Source: a virus
Length of the DNA: 64,000 nt
IMG/VR virus record: IMGVR_UViG_3300032224_001676
Location: 63,787-127,786 of that record
Reading direction: 5' to 3' (one strand)
Position 1 is the first letter of the stretch; the number at the start of each line of letters is the position of its first letter. The position numbers and the translations under genes were made by a program. Below the pieces are notes generated by a model that was given only the letters and a program-made list of their open reading frames with translations, had not been told where the DNA came from and searched no databases. Shown here in pieces: positions 40,466-50,289 of this stretch.

Positions 40466-42382
40466 TTATTCCTTTATATTAGATTCATCTAATAACGATT
40501 TCTCTTCAGGTTGATGTGTAAATACTATTTTCTTTTCTAAACTTTCAAACAATTGTTTATTTTTTAGAAATGAAACTTGAGCATTTTCTAATGCTAAAGG
40601 TGAATTACCTTTAAAATTATACCCTACATTTTTATCTTCGCCTGTGTCGTCTCCTTTTTTCATACCTACATTTCCTAATCTATCTGTACCTAAAGCATTA
40701 TCTTGAGTACCTATATCAGATGCTCTTTCTTTAGGGCGACCTAGTGTTAAATCTTCGCCATACCCAGCTGGTACTCCTCCGTCCATACCTGCATATCTGC
40801 CTTTACCGTATAAATAAGCTAAATCATGAGGTGTACCATATGATTTACCTGATTCTACTGGGTCATTACCTTCGTTTTCTATTTGTTTTAATCTAAATGT
40901 GCGTTTTTGGTCTTGTGTAATCAAGTCTCTGTATTCATCATATTGATCTTCACTTAAGTGGAATATATTATCGTAAATCCAATCAGTAGGTAATAATTTA
41001 GTTTCCATCATTTGGCGAGCTAAATCTACTTTTTCTTTCATTAATGCTATTCTTTCTTGATCGTATATGATAGAAGGAGTAGTTAATGTTAGATCAAAAT
41101 TAGTTAAGTTTTCGCTTTTATACCCTTGAGTATATAAGTGAACTAAAGCTATTTTATATAGTTCTGATAGTATAATACGTTGAATACGATCAATTGTACG
41201 AGCAAAACGAATATCCTCGGCTGCTAATGTTGCTTTACCAGTTAAGTCTTTTTCGTAACCCATAAATGCTTTAGGTACTTTTAAAGCAGCAAATAATTTA
41301 TCTCTTAAATAAACTACGTCTGTAATACCATCGTATTCCATACCTTTTGTAGGTTCAATACGAGTTGTTTGGTCATTACCTCTAATAGGAATATAAAAAT
41401 CTTCTAACATATTTTGCATGTTATATTTTAAGTTATATTCACCAGTTTGAGGATCCATAAGAGGTGTTCTTTTCATAGAAGAAATAGTCTTCTGCATAAA
41501 GTTTTCAACTTCATTTGGAGGAATAGAACCAACATTCACATAAAAAATACGTTTTTCTGGGGCGCGGGCAATTCTATGAATAAGCATAGCATCTTCCATT
41601 AAAACATATTGTTTAAATAATTTACGAGCAGGCTCTAAATATGATCTACCATATGGGAGATAGTTAACATCAGTCATTAAGCGAAAATGAGCCATTTCAT
41701 AATTATCAAAGTAGATAGAATTATCATCTTTGTTATTATTATATGAACCATAAGCGTTTGGAGTACCATAATACCCACTTCCTCCCGCGTATCCATCTGG
41801 GCTATATTTAAATCTTACCGCTGCTGGTGCTGCTTTATCATATCCTTCTTCTCTCATGATATGGTAGGCGGTGTATGGTATAACATTATACACACCAAAT
41901 TTTTCAGTGATTTCAAGTTTTAAGAAAAAATCACCATATTTGCACATTTGGCGAACCCAAGACCATAAATTAAATTCAATATTTAATACATCATAAAATA
42001 AGTTGTATAATATTTTTTGAATATCTTCATCACTACTTCTAATTTGAAGTACTTCACCTAAGTCATTTTTTAATGTACTTTCATCTGCTATAATATCTAA
42101 AGCTGAAGCAATAATAGCATCGGTATCCATAGAGTCATAATCAGAATATAATTGAGGGCGAAGATACTGGTAGTTAAGGTTTAATTGAGCTCCGTAAAGT
42201 GATGTACTATTAGTTGAATATATACGATTAAATCTATCCATTAAAGAATTATTTGCGTATTCTCCACTAGTTTGGATAGAGTTAACATCCATTACTTTTA
42301 ACTCGTTTCCTCCGGCGTTACGAATTATTACATCAGTTGAGAATAATCGTCTTAGTCGGGTAAAAATGTTAGTATCTGCCAT
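40466..42382 (-). CDS. Portal protein (T4 gp20-like)
   Basis: LMEDAMLIHRIARAPEKRIFYVNVG, MLEDFYIP, LFAALKVP, DIRFARTIDRIQ. Confidence 0.95.
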   Translation of the reverse strand: MADTNIFTRLRRLFSTDVIIRNAGGNELKVMDVNSIQTSGEYANNSLMDRFNRIYSTNSTSLYGAQLNLNYQYLRPQLYSDYDSMDTDAIIASALDIIADESTLKNDLGEVLQIRSSDEDIQKILYNLFYDVLNIEFNLWSWVRQMCKYGDFFLKLEITEKFGVYNVIPYTAYHIMREEGYDKAAPAAVRFKYSPDGYAGGSGYYGTPNAYGSYNNNKDDNSIYFDNYEMAHFRLMTDVNYLPYGRSYLEPARKLFKQYVLMEDAMLIHRIARAPEKRIFYVNVGSIPPNEVENFMQKTISSMKRTPLMDPQTGEYNLKYNMQNMLEDFYIPIRGNDQTTRIEPTKGMEYDGITDVVYLRDKLFAALKVPKAFMGYEKDLTGKATLAAEDIRFARTIDRIQRIILSELYKIALVHLYTQGYKSENLTNFDLTLTTPSIIYDQERIALMKEKVDLARQMMETKLLPTDWIYDNIFHLSEDQYDEYRDLITQDQKRTFRLKQIENEGNDPVESGKSYGTPHDLAYLYGKGRYAGMDGGVPAGYGEDLTLGRPKERASDIGTQDNALGTDRLGNVGMKKGDDTGEDKNVGYNFKGNSPLALENAQVSFLKNKQLFESLEKKIVFTHQPEEKSLLDESNIKE

Positions 42383-42401
42383 TTGTTTTTATTTATAAAT
42401 A

Positions 42402-43982
42402 TTAAAATAACCAATTTAAATCCTCGTGTTGTCCATTAACATTAAAATTATATGGATTATTTGGACTAGCTGTATTATACGCACCTAAAGGAGAATTCCT
42501 AGTTGAAGTGATATTATTTAACATATTTCGCGTAAGATCTAAACTTTGTTGTCTAAATTTCAAAGATGTGTCTCTTAAATACATAGCAATACCAAAACTC
42601 ATTACTAAATCGTCGTTATAACCCGACTGAGCTTCAGGTCGACCATTTTTCCATATAAACACTTTCATTTCCTCTAATAACCGTTTAGACTGTATAGTAA
42701 CGCTTTTATCGCCGATGTACTCCCTAAATTTATTAATTACTAGTGGTCTTGTTCTCATAGACATTGTAAAACCAGGAACGATGTTGTCTGGGTTTTCAAA
42801 CTTATTAAAATATGTTTCAGCTGTGATATTAGTGTCAGATTTAGGAGAAAAATATAGATTTCTATATTCTCTTTCTTGTATGGCGTCTAATGTAGCCCAC
42901 CCTATGTTAGCGTTTTCAACTGCTAATAATGCTTGATTATATTCTGTAGCTATAGCTACTAAAAAGTAACCAAATTCTTTAGGCGATAATTGTCCTTTAT
43001 ATTCTGCTACTTGAGTGTTAGTTGCTATATCTATAACATGAAATGCTGAAAAGTCTTTACTGTCTCCACGAGCGACGTCGGCTGTAACTAAATAATCTCG
43101 TGTATAATCAGCTGGTTCCCAGATCCATAAATTTTGGTCTGCTCCTCTTCTTTCTAATGGTTCTTTAATAGTAGTTTGACCAATAAATTCTAACCATTCA
43201 CTATAAAATACTATATCTCCAGAAGTACTAAAATCACAATCACATTCTTGGGCTGCTATTCTAGGATCACCTAATAATTCATCTTGTTTTTTCCTCCATT
43301 CCTCATTTCTTTCGGGGTGAACAAACCAAGGTAATTTAATAGGTAAAAAATCATTTTCTTGAGATTCTGCTCTAACCCATGTTTGATGAAACCAATTACC
43401 CGTACCATAAGGAGTAGACAATACAATTGCTCCACCACCAGTTGCTAAGGTTTGTTGAGCTGATGCCCATATTTCACCAATTCCTTCGATAAATGCAGCC
43501 TCATCGACCAATAGCAAAGATACTGCTTCTGATCGACCTGCATCACTACTCGCAGATGTAGCTTTAATTTGTGATCCGTTATTTAAACGTAATGATAGTT
43601 TATTATTTTCGTCTGCTGGTATTTTTAACCATGAAGGGAGGTTATCAAACATGAATTTAACCTTTGTAACCATGTTACGAGCAGTTTCTTGCTTAGTAGC
43701 TATACATAATACGTTTTTATCTTTATGGAACAACATAAGCCATAAAGAATAACCAGCAGCTAATGTTGATATACCTAATTGACGTGATTTTAATACTATA
43801 CTATATGGGTTATCTCTCCATAAATGTAATACTTTACTTTGGAATGGATAAAGATTAAAGTGTATTCTACCTCTTTGTGGGTGTTGAATAAAACAGTATT
43901 TGTTCATAAAGTGCGCCGGATCAGTGGCGCACTTTACAAACTCTTCACGAATTATCTCCCTAATATTTGGGGATTCACTCAT
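42402..43982 (-). CDS. Terminase large subunit (T4 gp17-like)
   Basis: LKSRQLGIST (Walker A), LLLVDEAAF (Walker B), STPYG, ADVARG, NDDLVMS nuclease motifs. Confidence 0.95.
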   Translation of the reverse strand: MSESPNIREIIREEFVKCATDPAHFMNKYCFIQHPQRGRIHFNLYPFQSKVLHLWRDNPYSIVLKSRQLGISTLAAGYSLWLMLFHKDKNVLCIATKQETARNMVTKVKFMFDNLPSWLKIPADENNKLSLRLNNGSQIKATSASSDAGRSEAVSLLLVDEAAFIEGIGEIWASAQQTLATGGGAIVLSTPYGTGNWFHQTWVRAESQENDFLPIKLPWFVHPERNEEWRKKQDELLGDPRIAAQECDCDFSTSGDIVFYSEWLEFIGQTTIKEPLERRGADQNLWIWEPADYTRDYLVTADVARGDSKDFSAFHVIDIATNTQVAEYKGQLSPKEFGYFLVAIATEYNQALLAVENANIGWATLDAIQEREYRNLYFSPKSDTNITAETYFNKFENPDNIVPGFTMSMRTRPLVINKFREYIGDKSVTIQSKRLLEEMKVFIWKNGRPEAQSGYNDDLVMSFGIAMYLRDTSLKFRQQSLDLTRNMLNNITSTRNSPLGAYNTASPNNPYNFNVNGQHEDLNWLF

Positions 43983-43998
43983 AACTATTTTTTTAAAA

Positions 43999-44604
43999 TT
44001 ATTTTTTAGCCATATTAGAAAGATTCATAATATATGCTTTTTCCTCGTCTGTAAAATCAGTAATTCCTTTTGCGAATTTAGCTGCGATTTTTTCTCCCAT
44101 TGATTTTACACCCGGATCTACAACTCTTGGACGACCTTTAGCACCTGGGTTTTCTGATTTTGCTTTAGTTTTGAATTCATAGTCACCTACAATATCTCCA
44201 GTTTCGTCGTCTGCTTGAACATACCCAGATGATGGTTCTAGTATTCCAAATTTTGTTAATGCTTTAAAAGCTTGAGCTAAACCAGCTGTGTCACCAACTC
44301 CTGTTGGGCTAGTTAAATTAGCTACTTTTTGTTTAGTCATCATTCCTTTTGAGGAACCGTCTTTTTCAGACATAGCTTTTACAATACCTCTAACAGGTCC
44401 TAAAAGTTCACCTTTTTTACCATATATTTTAGCTTTTAATATAGCATCTTCTGGAGATTCAGGATTAACAGTTGCTAGATCTGCTAATTTTTCTTTCCAT
44501 CCGTCTACTAAAGCTATACCTTTAGCAGGTTTTGCCATTTCATCTATTTCCATTTCCTCAATGGTTTCTCTGATGATTTGTCTTAATAAGTTAAGTTGTT
44601 TCAT
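43999..44604 (-). CDS. Hypothetical protein with LRQIIRETIEE leader
   Basis: Start moved to ATG 44604 (MKQLNLLRQ), downstream of the late-type motif at 44630. Confidence 0.6.
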   Translation of the reverse strand: MKQLNLLRQIIRETIEEMEIDEMAKPAKGIALVDGWKEKLADLATVNPESPEDAILKAKIYGKKGELLGPVRGIVKAMSEKDGSSKGMMTKQKVANLTSPTGVGDTAGLAQAFKALTKFGILEPSSGYVQADDETGDIVGDYEFKTKAKSENPGAKGRPRVVDPGVKSMGEKIAAKFAKGITDFTDEEKAYIMNLSNMAKK

Positions 44605-44639
44605 TGTTCTTAAGGGTTTAAATTTTGATGATAAATATG

Positions 44640-45170
44640 TCAAAATCCTAAATAAGATTTAATTTGTCTAATTCTTTCTTCAGTAGTACCAGCAATAATA
44701 CCAAAGTTTTGAATATGAATTAGATTTTCATTAATAACACCTTTAATAGTCATATCAATTAACTTACGATAATAGGCATCTGTTTCTCTTACACCATTAT
44801 CTTCAATATCAACTCCAATAGGTGACACATAAAATATATAATCATATTCTTCAATTAATGGAGCAGCATAAGTAGTAAATGCTACTTTATCTTTATCACG
44901 AATTGAATGAGCACATTTAGCAAATGACATTACATCAATAATTGTTCTATCAGTAATAACATTTTCACGCATTAATTCAGAACAACGTTCAGCTAAAAAT
45001 ATTGTTTGTCCTTTTAATGTGCTATCAGTATTTAATGGGATACCTAAATCACGTAAGTATTTACTACGTTCAGTAGCAAAATAATAATCTTTAAATTCAG
45101 GTAATTCTTTTAATGCATTTACTAATGTAGATTTACCTACACTCATTGTTCCACAAAATCCTATTTTCAT
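44640..45170 (-). CDS. NadR/AAA_28-like P-loop nucleotide kinase
   Basis: MKIGFCGTMSVGKST, ITDRTIID, DNGVRETD; start moved to 45170 because the promoter element lies at 45185-45216. Confidence 0.7.
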   Translation of the reverse strand: MKIGFCGTMSVGKSTLVNALKELPEFKDYYFATERSKYLRDLGIPLNTDSTLKGQTIFLAERCSELMRENVITDRTIIDVMSFAKCAHSIRDKDKVAFTTYAAPLIEEYDYIFYVSPIGVDIEDNGVRETDAYYRKLIDMTIKGVINENLIHIQNFGIIAGTTEERIRQIKSYLGF

Positions 45171-45184
45171 AACGATTGTTTTTA

Positions 45185-45216
45185 TAAAGATAATAAAAAA
45201 TGGCCCGAAGGCCAAA
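45185..45216 (-). promoter_or_regulatory. Fused terminator hairpin and -33/-7 promoter (copy 1)
   Basis: Minus strand TTTGGCC-TTCG-GGCCATTTTTTAT-TATCTTTA; 20 bp between TTTG and TATCTTTA. Confidence 0.7.
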
Positions 45217-45240
45217 TTTATTTAATATGTTTTTTTGAGA

Positions 45241-45648
45241 TTATGATCCTAACCAATCTGAAACAGCATCTACTACTTCATCAAAAGTTAAATGTTCTCC
45301 AAAATCAAGACTAGGATCGTTTGAGTCAATTACCCATGAATTAAAATTCTCATCATCTGTATCCTGGTATACATCATCTGCTCCAATTGCTATTTCTTGT
45401 TTTCCTTTTTTGTAGACCAACATATCCATATCTCCATCTTCTGCTGATACTCTTGGTAGCCAAGAGATTGCGCGGTATGGTTTTATTTGGCCGTGAACTC
45501 CGGTGCCTTGAAATATATAATCCATTAAATCATTGATGGCTTCATATGCTGGTGGAGTGTAGTCATCGTTTTCTTTTAGTTTGTTTTTCATTTGGCTTTC
45601 AGTAATCAAACCAGCCAATTTTTGCATTTTTAAGAATTCTTTATTCAT
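45241..45648 (-). CDS. Acidic protein with KMQKLAG leader (candidate internal head protein)
   Basis: Starts MNKEFLKMQKLAGLITES; late-type motif upstream. Confidence 0.6.
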   Translation of the reverse strand: MNKEFLKMQKLAGLITESQMKNKLKENDDYTPPAYEAINDLMDYIFQGTGVHGQIKPYRAISWLPRVSAEDGDMDMLVYKKGKQEIAIGADDVYQDTDDENFNSWVIDSNDPSLDFGEHLTFDEVVDAVSDWLGS

Positions 45649-45692
45649 TATCTTGTTTTTTTAGTATGTTTACAATAAATATTCAAAGAAAA

Positions 45693-45929
45693 TTAAAATC
45701 GCTGTTTTGCGACGCCTGATTTGTACCATGGTAAACCGACTCCGTCTTTTCTAGCTTTTTTATGGCTATCTTTAGTGTGTTGAGTACCATTGATATAATA
45801 CTCTTCTTTACCCTCAGGTGTGATTAATGCTGGGCCTTCCCAGTTGTGTAATTTACCATCTTTAATATAACGAACTGTGCCGTCAGGTGATGTAAACTTT
45901 TTTGTTTGTAATGTTGGATCAATACTCAT
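45693..45929 (-). CDS. Small protein with a MORN-variant-like repeat
   Basis: GKLHNWEGPALITPEGKEEYYING. Confidence 0.6.
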   Translation of the reverse strand: MSIDPTLQTKKFTSPDGTVRYIKDGKLHNWEGPALITPEGKEEYYINGTQHTKDSHKKARKDGVGLPWYKSGVAKQRF

Positions 45930-45951
45930 AACTTTTATTTTTTATTTACTA

Positions 45952-45982
45952 TAAAGATAACGTCTATAGATAAAAAGCCAAA
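45952..45982 (-). promoter_or_regulatory. -33/-7 promoter TTTG-N19-TATCTTTA
   Basis: Plus strand taaagata at 45952-45959 and caaa at 45979-45982. Confidence 0.6.
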
Positions 45983-45988
45983 CATAGG

Positions 45989-46228
45989 TTATATATTTTC
46001 CAAATATTCTAAAAAGTCTTTAAATACTTGTTTATGTTCTGTTGTTGAGTTATTAATAACTTCTGTTAGTAAGATTTTAGGATCTGTATTAGATTCTGTT
46101 AGTAGTGTTTTGAAATTACCTAAAACATATTCTGCTAGTATTATATCTTCAATTTCATCTCCATAATCATTTAGATCATTGAGATAAAGTTTAATGCATT
46201 CGTTTATGTTATTTTTTAAAGATTTCAT
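45989..46228 (-). CDS. Hypothetical acidic protein
   Basis: 79-aa ORF containing LLTE twice. Confidence 0.5.
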   Translation of the reverse strand: MKSLKNNINECIKLYLNDLNDYGDEIEDIILAEYVLGNFKTLLTESNTDPKILLTEVINNSTTEHKQVFKDFLEYLENI

Positions 46229-46691
46229 TTAAAATATTTTTAATTTTTAATACTACTTCTTTTACATTTTGGATTTGAGAATTTAACCAACTTAAACGTT
46301 GACCAAAACGTTTACCTTCCATCGGTTTAGATACATGATCAGAAGGAATATATTTTAATAATGGTTTAAGATATTCGTTACCTGTTAAAAATATAAAATT
46401 ATCATTTTTAAGATCAATCCCAGATGATTTCATCTGTTTTGCTACTTCTTCACCCCAAGCTTCTTTTTCATCTGCTGGCATTTCTTTCAATGTTTTATCA
46501 TATGGTGCTAACTTTTTATTTAGGGGTACTAAATGATGTTTAGCAGATAATATATACATTTTGTCTGGTTTGAGAGACTTACCGTATTCTAATGTTTTTT
46601 TAAACATTGGGGAGGCTGAGTATAGTTCTTGTGCTGGAGCAGCGTGGTCTAATTTGGATTTAGAACAACTTAAAAGTACTATATTAGCCAT
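46209..46691 (-). CDS. DUF6884 / YaaA-like protein
   Basis: VLLSCSKSK...PAQELYSASPMF...ILSAKHHLV...PYDKTL. Confidence 0.6.
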   Translation of the reverse strand: MANIVLLSCSKSKLDHAAPAQELYSASPMFKKTLEYGKSLKPDKMYILSAKHHLVPLNKKLAPYDKTLKEMPADEKEAWGEEVAKQMKSSGIDLKNDNFIFLTGNEYLKPLLKYIPSDHVSKPMEGKRFGQRLSWLNSQIQNVKEVVLKIKNILNEIFKK

Positions 46692-46714
46692 TGAGTATTA
46701 TTTACATATAAATA

Positions 46715-47818
46715 TTAATGAAGAATTATTTCTTTAATAAGATTTGATTTTGAGATTATATTGATATGATATACTAAACAAGGCATTAAATTAGGTAATA
46801 GTTCAGGACATTTCTCTCCAAAAAATGATAACAAATGATCAAATGTAGGTGTACCATATCGTGTAGATGTACGAATATTTAATGAAGATTTATCTAGTAT
46901 TTTTTGAACTATTTTATAATTCTTATTCATAGTTGATTTCCGTAGTTCAGGAAATATGTTGTATAAAGCCACAATATATGGTTTAGAGGCGTCAAACTCA
47001 CAATTAGCGATAATTTCCTTAGCCATCTCATAGTTACTAGTATCAGTACTATTAAGCATATTATATAAGTTTTGAAATACTCCAGAATCAATAATTAATC
47101 CTTTATTAATTTCATTATTTACTGATGAATCTAATACTACTTTGGTTTTGTAAGAGGATATATTGTTAGCAAAATCTAATAAAAAATCACAAGCATCAGT
47201 TAATGGTTTAGACCCATGTTCTTTTTCTAATACTTGTCCTCTTATAACCTCTCCTAACATTTTTAACTCAGTAAATGCTGGGTTGGTATTTATCATTTCT
47301 TGGAACTCGTTTTCTCTTATTATGAAATGAGTACATTTAGGAGATTCAATAGTATAATCTAATGCATCAAGTGGCCTTTGGTTGAATGCGATATGCTGTT
47401 TAATTTTATTATTATCTAATAATGCCTCTGTTGGGATGACTACAAGTTCTTCCATCCCATCTTTTACATATTGATTTAATCTCCAATCCCATCTTGTTTT
47501 TTCAAAAAATTGGTTGATAAATATTTCGTCAATGATAACAGTGTCTATTTTTTCCCATTTTCTAGCTGTTTTAATATCTAATTTATTATCAGTTATGTAA
47601 CTTTTTAGTTTATATGGGGGTAATGTAGATAATGATGAACGATACACTATCGAGTTGTCAGTTAGTTTATTATCTTTAGCATTTTGAATTATACCATATA
47701 TTTCTTTTTTAATATTTTCAGGTATAATATGAGTATATTGTTTCCAAGATAAAAGAGTTCGTTTTCCACTATGGGTAGTAGCATTAGATATTTGTAAATC
47801 TTTATATACTTTATTCAT
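46715..47818 (-). CDS. Hypothetical protein, third gene of the VWA/AAA operon
   Basis: 367-aa ORF starting 4 nt after the AAA gene stop. Confidence 0.6.
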   Translation of the reverse strand: MNKVYKDLQISNATTHSGKRTLLSWKQYTHIIPENIKKEIYGIIQNAKDNKLTDNSIVYRSSLSTLPPYKLKSYITDNKLDIKTARKWEKIDTVIIDEIFINQFFEKTRWDWRLNQYVKDGMEELVVIPTEALLDNNKIKQHIAFNQRPLDALDYTIESPKCTHFIIRENEFQEMINTNPAFTELKMLGEVIRGQVLEKEHGSKPLTDACDFLLDFANNISSYKTKVVLDSSVNNEINKGLIIDSGVFQNLYNMLNSTDTSNYEMAKEIIANCEFDASKPYIVALYNIFPELRKSTMNKNYKIVQKILDKSSLNIRTSTRYGTPTFDHLLSFFGEKCPELLPNLMPCLVYHINIISKSNLIKEIILH

Positions 47819-47822
47819 AATA

Positions 47823-49016
47823 TTATTTCATTAAAAATGTAACTAAAGTTTTATTTAACATTAATGACTTAAATGATGATGTATCACCATTATAGATTGA
47901 TTTAACTACTTTATATTTTAAATCAGTTGCTAATAGTTCTTCATTCATTAAAAACGCTAAACGATCAATATATGACTTTTCAATTTTATTATTTTTAGAA
48001 TAAAATAAGCTAAAGTTAATTAAACGTGTTGATATAATTGAAGCTAAATCTGCTCTATATTTATCATCTTTACCAATAATACCTTTTAAAGTATTTAAAA
48101 CATATTCATTACTTTCGTGAGTCATAATTGTTTCTGGTGAGATGATCTTATCTAGTTTATTGTTAATAAACATTGTAAACATAGTTGTGAACTCAGACCC
48201 AACACTACCCTCACCAATCATTTGAATCAATCCTAATTCATTATCAAATGAATTTAACGACGAAATTGAATTAAAAAATGTTGTGATACTTCTTGAGTTG
48301 GTATTAGTTGATACTAATTCTGGGTGTTTTAGTAAGAAATTAATACATCTATTATCTACTGTAGCGTTTTCAGCCCACTCACTCCAACAGTTAATATCAA
48401 ATTTTAAATTAACTGAGATAAATCGTGTTTTTTGTGCGCTATCGATACTATTAACCAAATAGTCTCCATTATCAGGATTACTTGTTAAAATAATATGCCA
48501 ATCTTTAGGCAATGTCCAACTAATATACTGCTGTCTATCAATTAATTCCATAACAGCTTGAATAAATCTTACATCAGCGCGATTCCAATCATCTAATAAT
48601 AGAATACCGCCATTTGTTTTACCACTAATCCATTCAGGTGGGCAATAACTCATACGATTTAAACCTGTAAATTTGTATCCTTGTTTGGTGTATTCTTCTA
48701 CAGCGTGTTCATCAATCCATAAACAATCATTGTCAGTTTTGCATACTTCAAACTGGCGAATTGGAAAACCTACTAAGTCACCTAACTCTTCAATTTGAGC
48801 TAAATTTAACTTAACAAAATTTAAATCTGTTTCTTTTGCTAATTGTAAAATTGTTGATGTTTTACCAATACCAGAGTCACCAACTACCTCAACTGCTACA
48901 GGTGGCTTACCATTTTCTTGTAGGAAGCGATTGTTGTTAATAATGTGTTTTAGGAATTGTTTTGCCTCTTTAATGTTTAGAGACACTTCAGCGTGTTTTG
49001 TTTTTTGTTTTGCCAT
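47823..49016 (-). CDS. MoxR-like AAA+ ATPase
   Basis: GDSGIGKT (Walker A), GDLVGFP, ILLLDDWNRAD (Walker B), TSNP, DSAQKTRF (arginine finger). Confidence 0.85.
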   Translation of the reverse strand: MAKQKTKHAEVSLNIKEAKQFLKHIINNNRFLQENGKPPVAVEVVGDSGIGKTSTILQLAKETDLNFVKLNLAQIEELGDLVGFPIRQFEVCKTDNDCLWIDEHAVEEYTKQGYKFTGLNRMSYCPPEWISGKTNGGILLLDDWNRADVRFIQAVMELIDRQQYISWTLPKDWHIILTSNPDNGDYLVNSIDSAQKTRFISVNLKFDINCWSEWAENATVDNRCINFLLKHPELVSTNTNSRSITTFFNSISSLNSFDNELGLIQMIGEGSVGSEFTTMFTMFINNKLDKIISPETIMTHESNEYVLNTLKGIIGKDDKYRADLASIISTRLINFSLFYSKNNKIEKSYIDRLAFLMNEELLATDLKYKVVKSIYNGDTSSFKSLMLNKTLVTFLMK

Positions 49017-49029
49017 AACCTTTTTTTTA

Positions 49030-49061
49030 TAAAGATAACATTGTTTTTTTAAGAAGCCAAA
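49030..49061 (-). promoter_or_regulatory. -33/-7 promoter TTTG-N20-TATCTTTA
   Basis: Plus strand taaagata at 49030-49037 and caaa at 49058-49061. Confidence 0.6.
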
Positions 49062-50242
49062 CCTATTTTAATTGTATGACCCCATCCATTTTCTTTTACT
49101 GATTCTACATCATCGCCACTTGAACATATAACCATCATCATTGGCTTAAATGTTTTAACTTCATTTATGCCTATATGGCCATCAGTTAATATAATAAGAC
49201 TATTAAACTCTTTATGATCGTTAAAATATGCAATAAATGGATTCATATCAGTACCACCTCTACCTGTTATTTTATCAGGTATGTCACCTTTATATTCATA
49301 TATATTAGTGATATCGGCGTCACCTTCAGCTATAGTGATCGACACGCCAGTTTTATGCATATGATTAATCTCATTAAAAAACTCAATTAAATCTTCATTA
49401 CCAACTGAACCTGATGTATCAACTCCTACTAATATTTTCTTTTTAGTTTTGATTTTTAATGCTGGGTTTTCTTGGAAGCGTTTGTTTAGTTTACGTCTTG
49501 TTTTTTTAGTGTACGTTTTTGATGATGTACCACAAAATCGTCTAAAATATGTTTTCCAATCGTATGATGGTTCTGAGTCTTCAAGCATTCCGTCAATCCA
49601 ACTTTGTAATTCTGCTGGTATAAATCCTCTATCTTTTTGTGAACTAACAATATCTTTAATTTGATGTTCAATTTGTGCTTTAGCTAATTTAACATCAGCT
49701 TCACTCATTCCATCAAATTCTTTCCATGTTGGGTGTAAACCATCAAATTCCCCAGGTCCTGTTAAAGCATCCATTAAACCCTGTAATAATGGACTTGTAC
49801 CTTCATCTAATGCTTTTTGCAGTAGGTTGTAATATACTTTGGTGCCTGCTTTTTCAGGTAAATCTAACTCAGGAAATGACGATAATAATATAATACCTTC
49901 TGTTGGGTAATATTCTGGTGTTAGATACTGGTTGATTTCTAAGTCTGCTGCTATGTTATGTAATTCTTGGTTTGGAAACCATTCTCTGTCTTCTAAATGA
50001 TTAAAACAGATATGCAGTAATTCATGTTTTAATAACCCAATTTTCTTTTTATCATTGTCTAATGAGTCCCAAAAATCTTTATTAACTGCTAATTGGTAGT
50101 TAATGTTTTGTTTACATACACCAGCAGTGGGCACATCTTTTCTTTCAACTTTATTAAGTGTTGATAAAAATAAACCATAAAATGGTTCACTAAACATTAA
50201 CTGTTTACCTATTCGTGATAAGTCTTCTTGTAAATTTGTCAT
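49049..50242 (-). CDS. DUF2201-type metallopeptidase plus VWA domain protein
   Basis: HELLH zinc motif, NIAADLEIN, MIDAS DTSGS, GRGGTD, LTDG. Confidence 0.85.
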   Translation of the reverse strand: MTNLQEDLSRIGKQLMFSEPFYGLFLSTLNKVERKDVPTAGVCKQNINYQLAVNKDFWDSLDNDKKKIGLLKHELLHICFNHLEDREWFPNQELHNIAADLEINQYLTPEYYPTEGIILLSSFPELDLPEKAGTKVYYNLLQKALDEGTSPLLQGLMDALTGPGEFDGLHPTWKEFDGMSEADVKLAKAQIEHQIKDIVSSQKDRGFIPAELQSWIDGMLEDSEPSYDWKTYFRRFCGTSSKTYTKKTRRKLNKRFQENPALKIKTKKKILVGVDTSGSVGNEDLIEFFNEINHMHKTGVSITIAEGDADITNIYEYKGDIPDKITGRGGTDMNPFIAYFNDHKEFNSLIILTDGHIGINEVKTFKPMMMVICSSGDDVESVKENGWGHTIKIGLAS

Positions 50243-50255
50243 AACCTTTTTTTTG

Positions 50256-50287
50256 TAAAAATAATAAAAAATGGCCCGAAGGCCAAA
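50256..50287 (-). promoter_or_regulatory. Fused terminator hairpin and -33/-7 promoter (copy 2)
   Basis: Minus strand TTTGGCCTTCGGGCCATTTTTTAT-TATTTTTA; 20-bp spacer. Confidence 0.7.
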
Positions 50288-50289
50288 TT

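Noticed and set aside
40466-43982. Introns or inteins in terminase or portal
   Set aside because: Both ORFs are uninterrupted and of ordinary length, with no intein or homing-endonuclease motifs.
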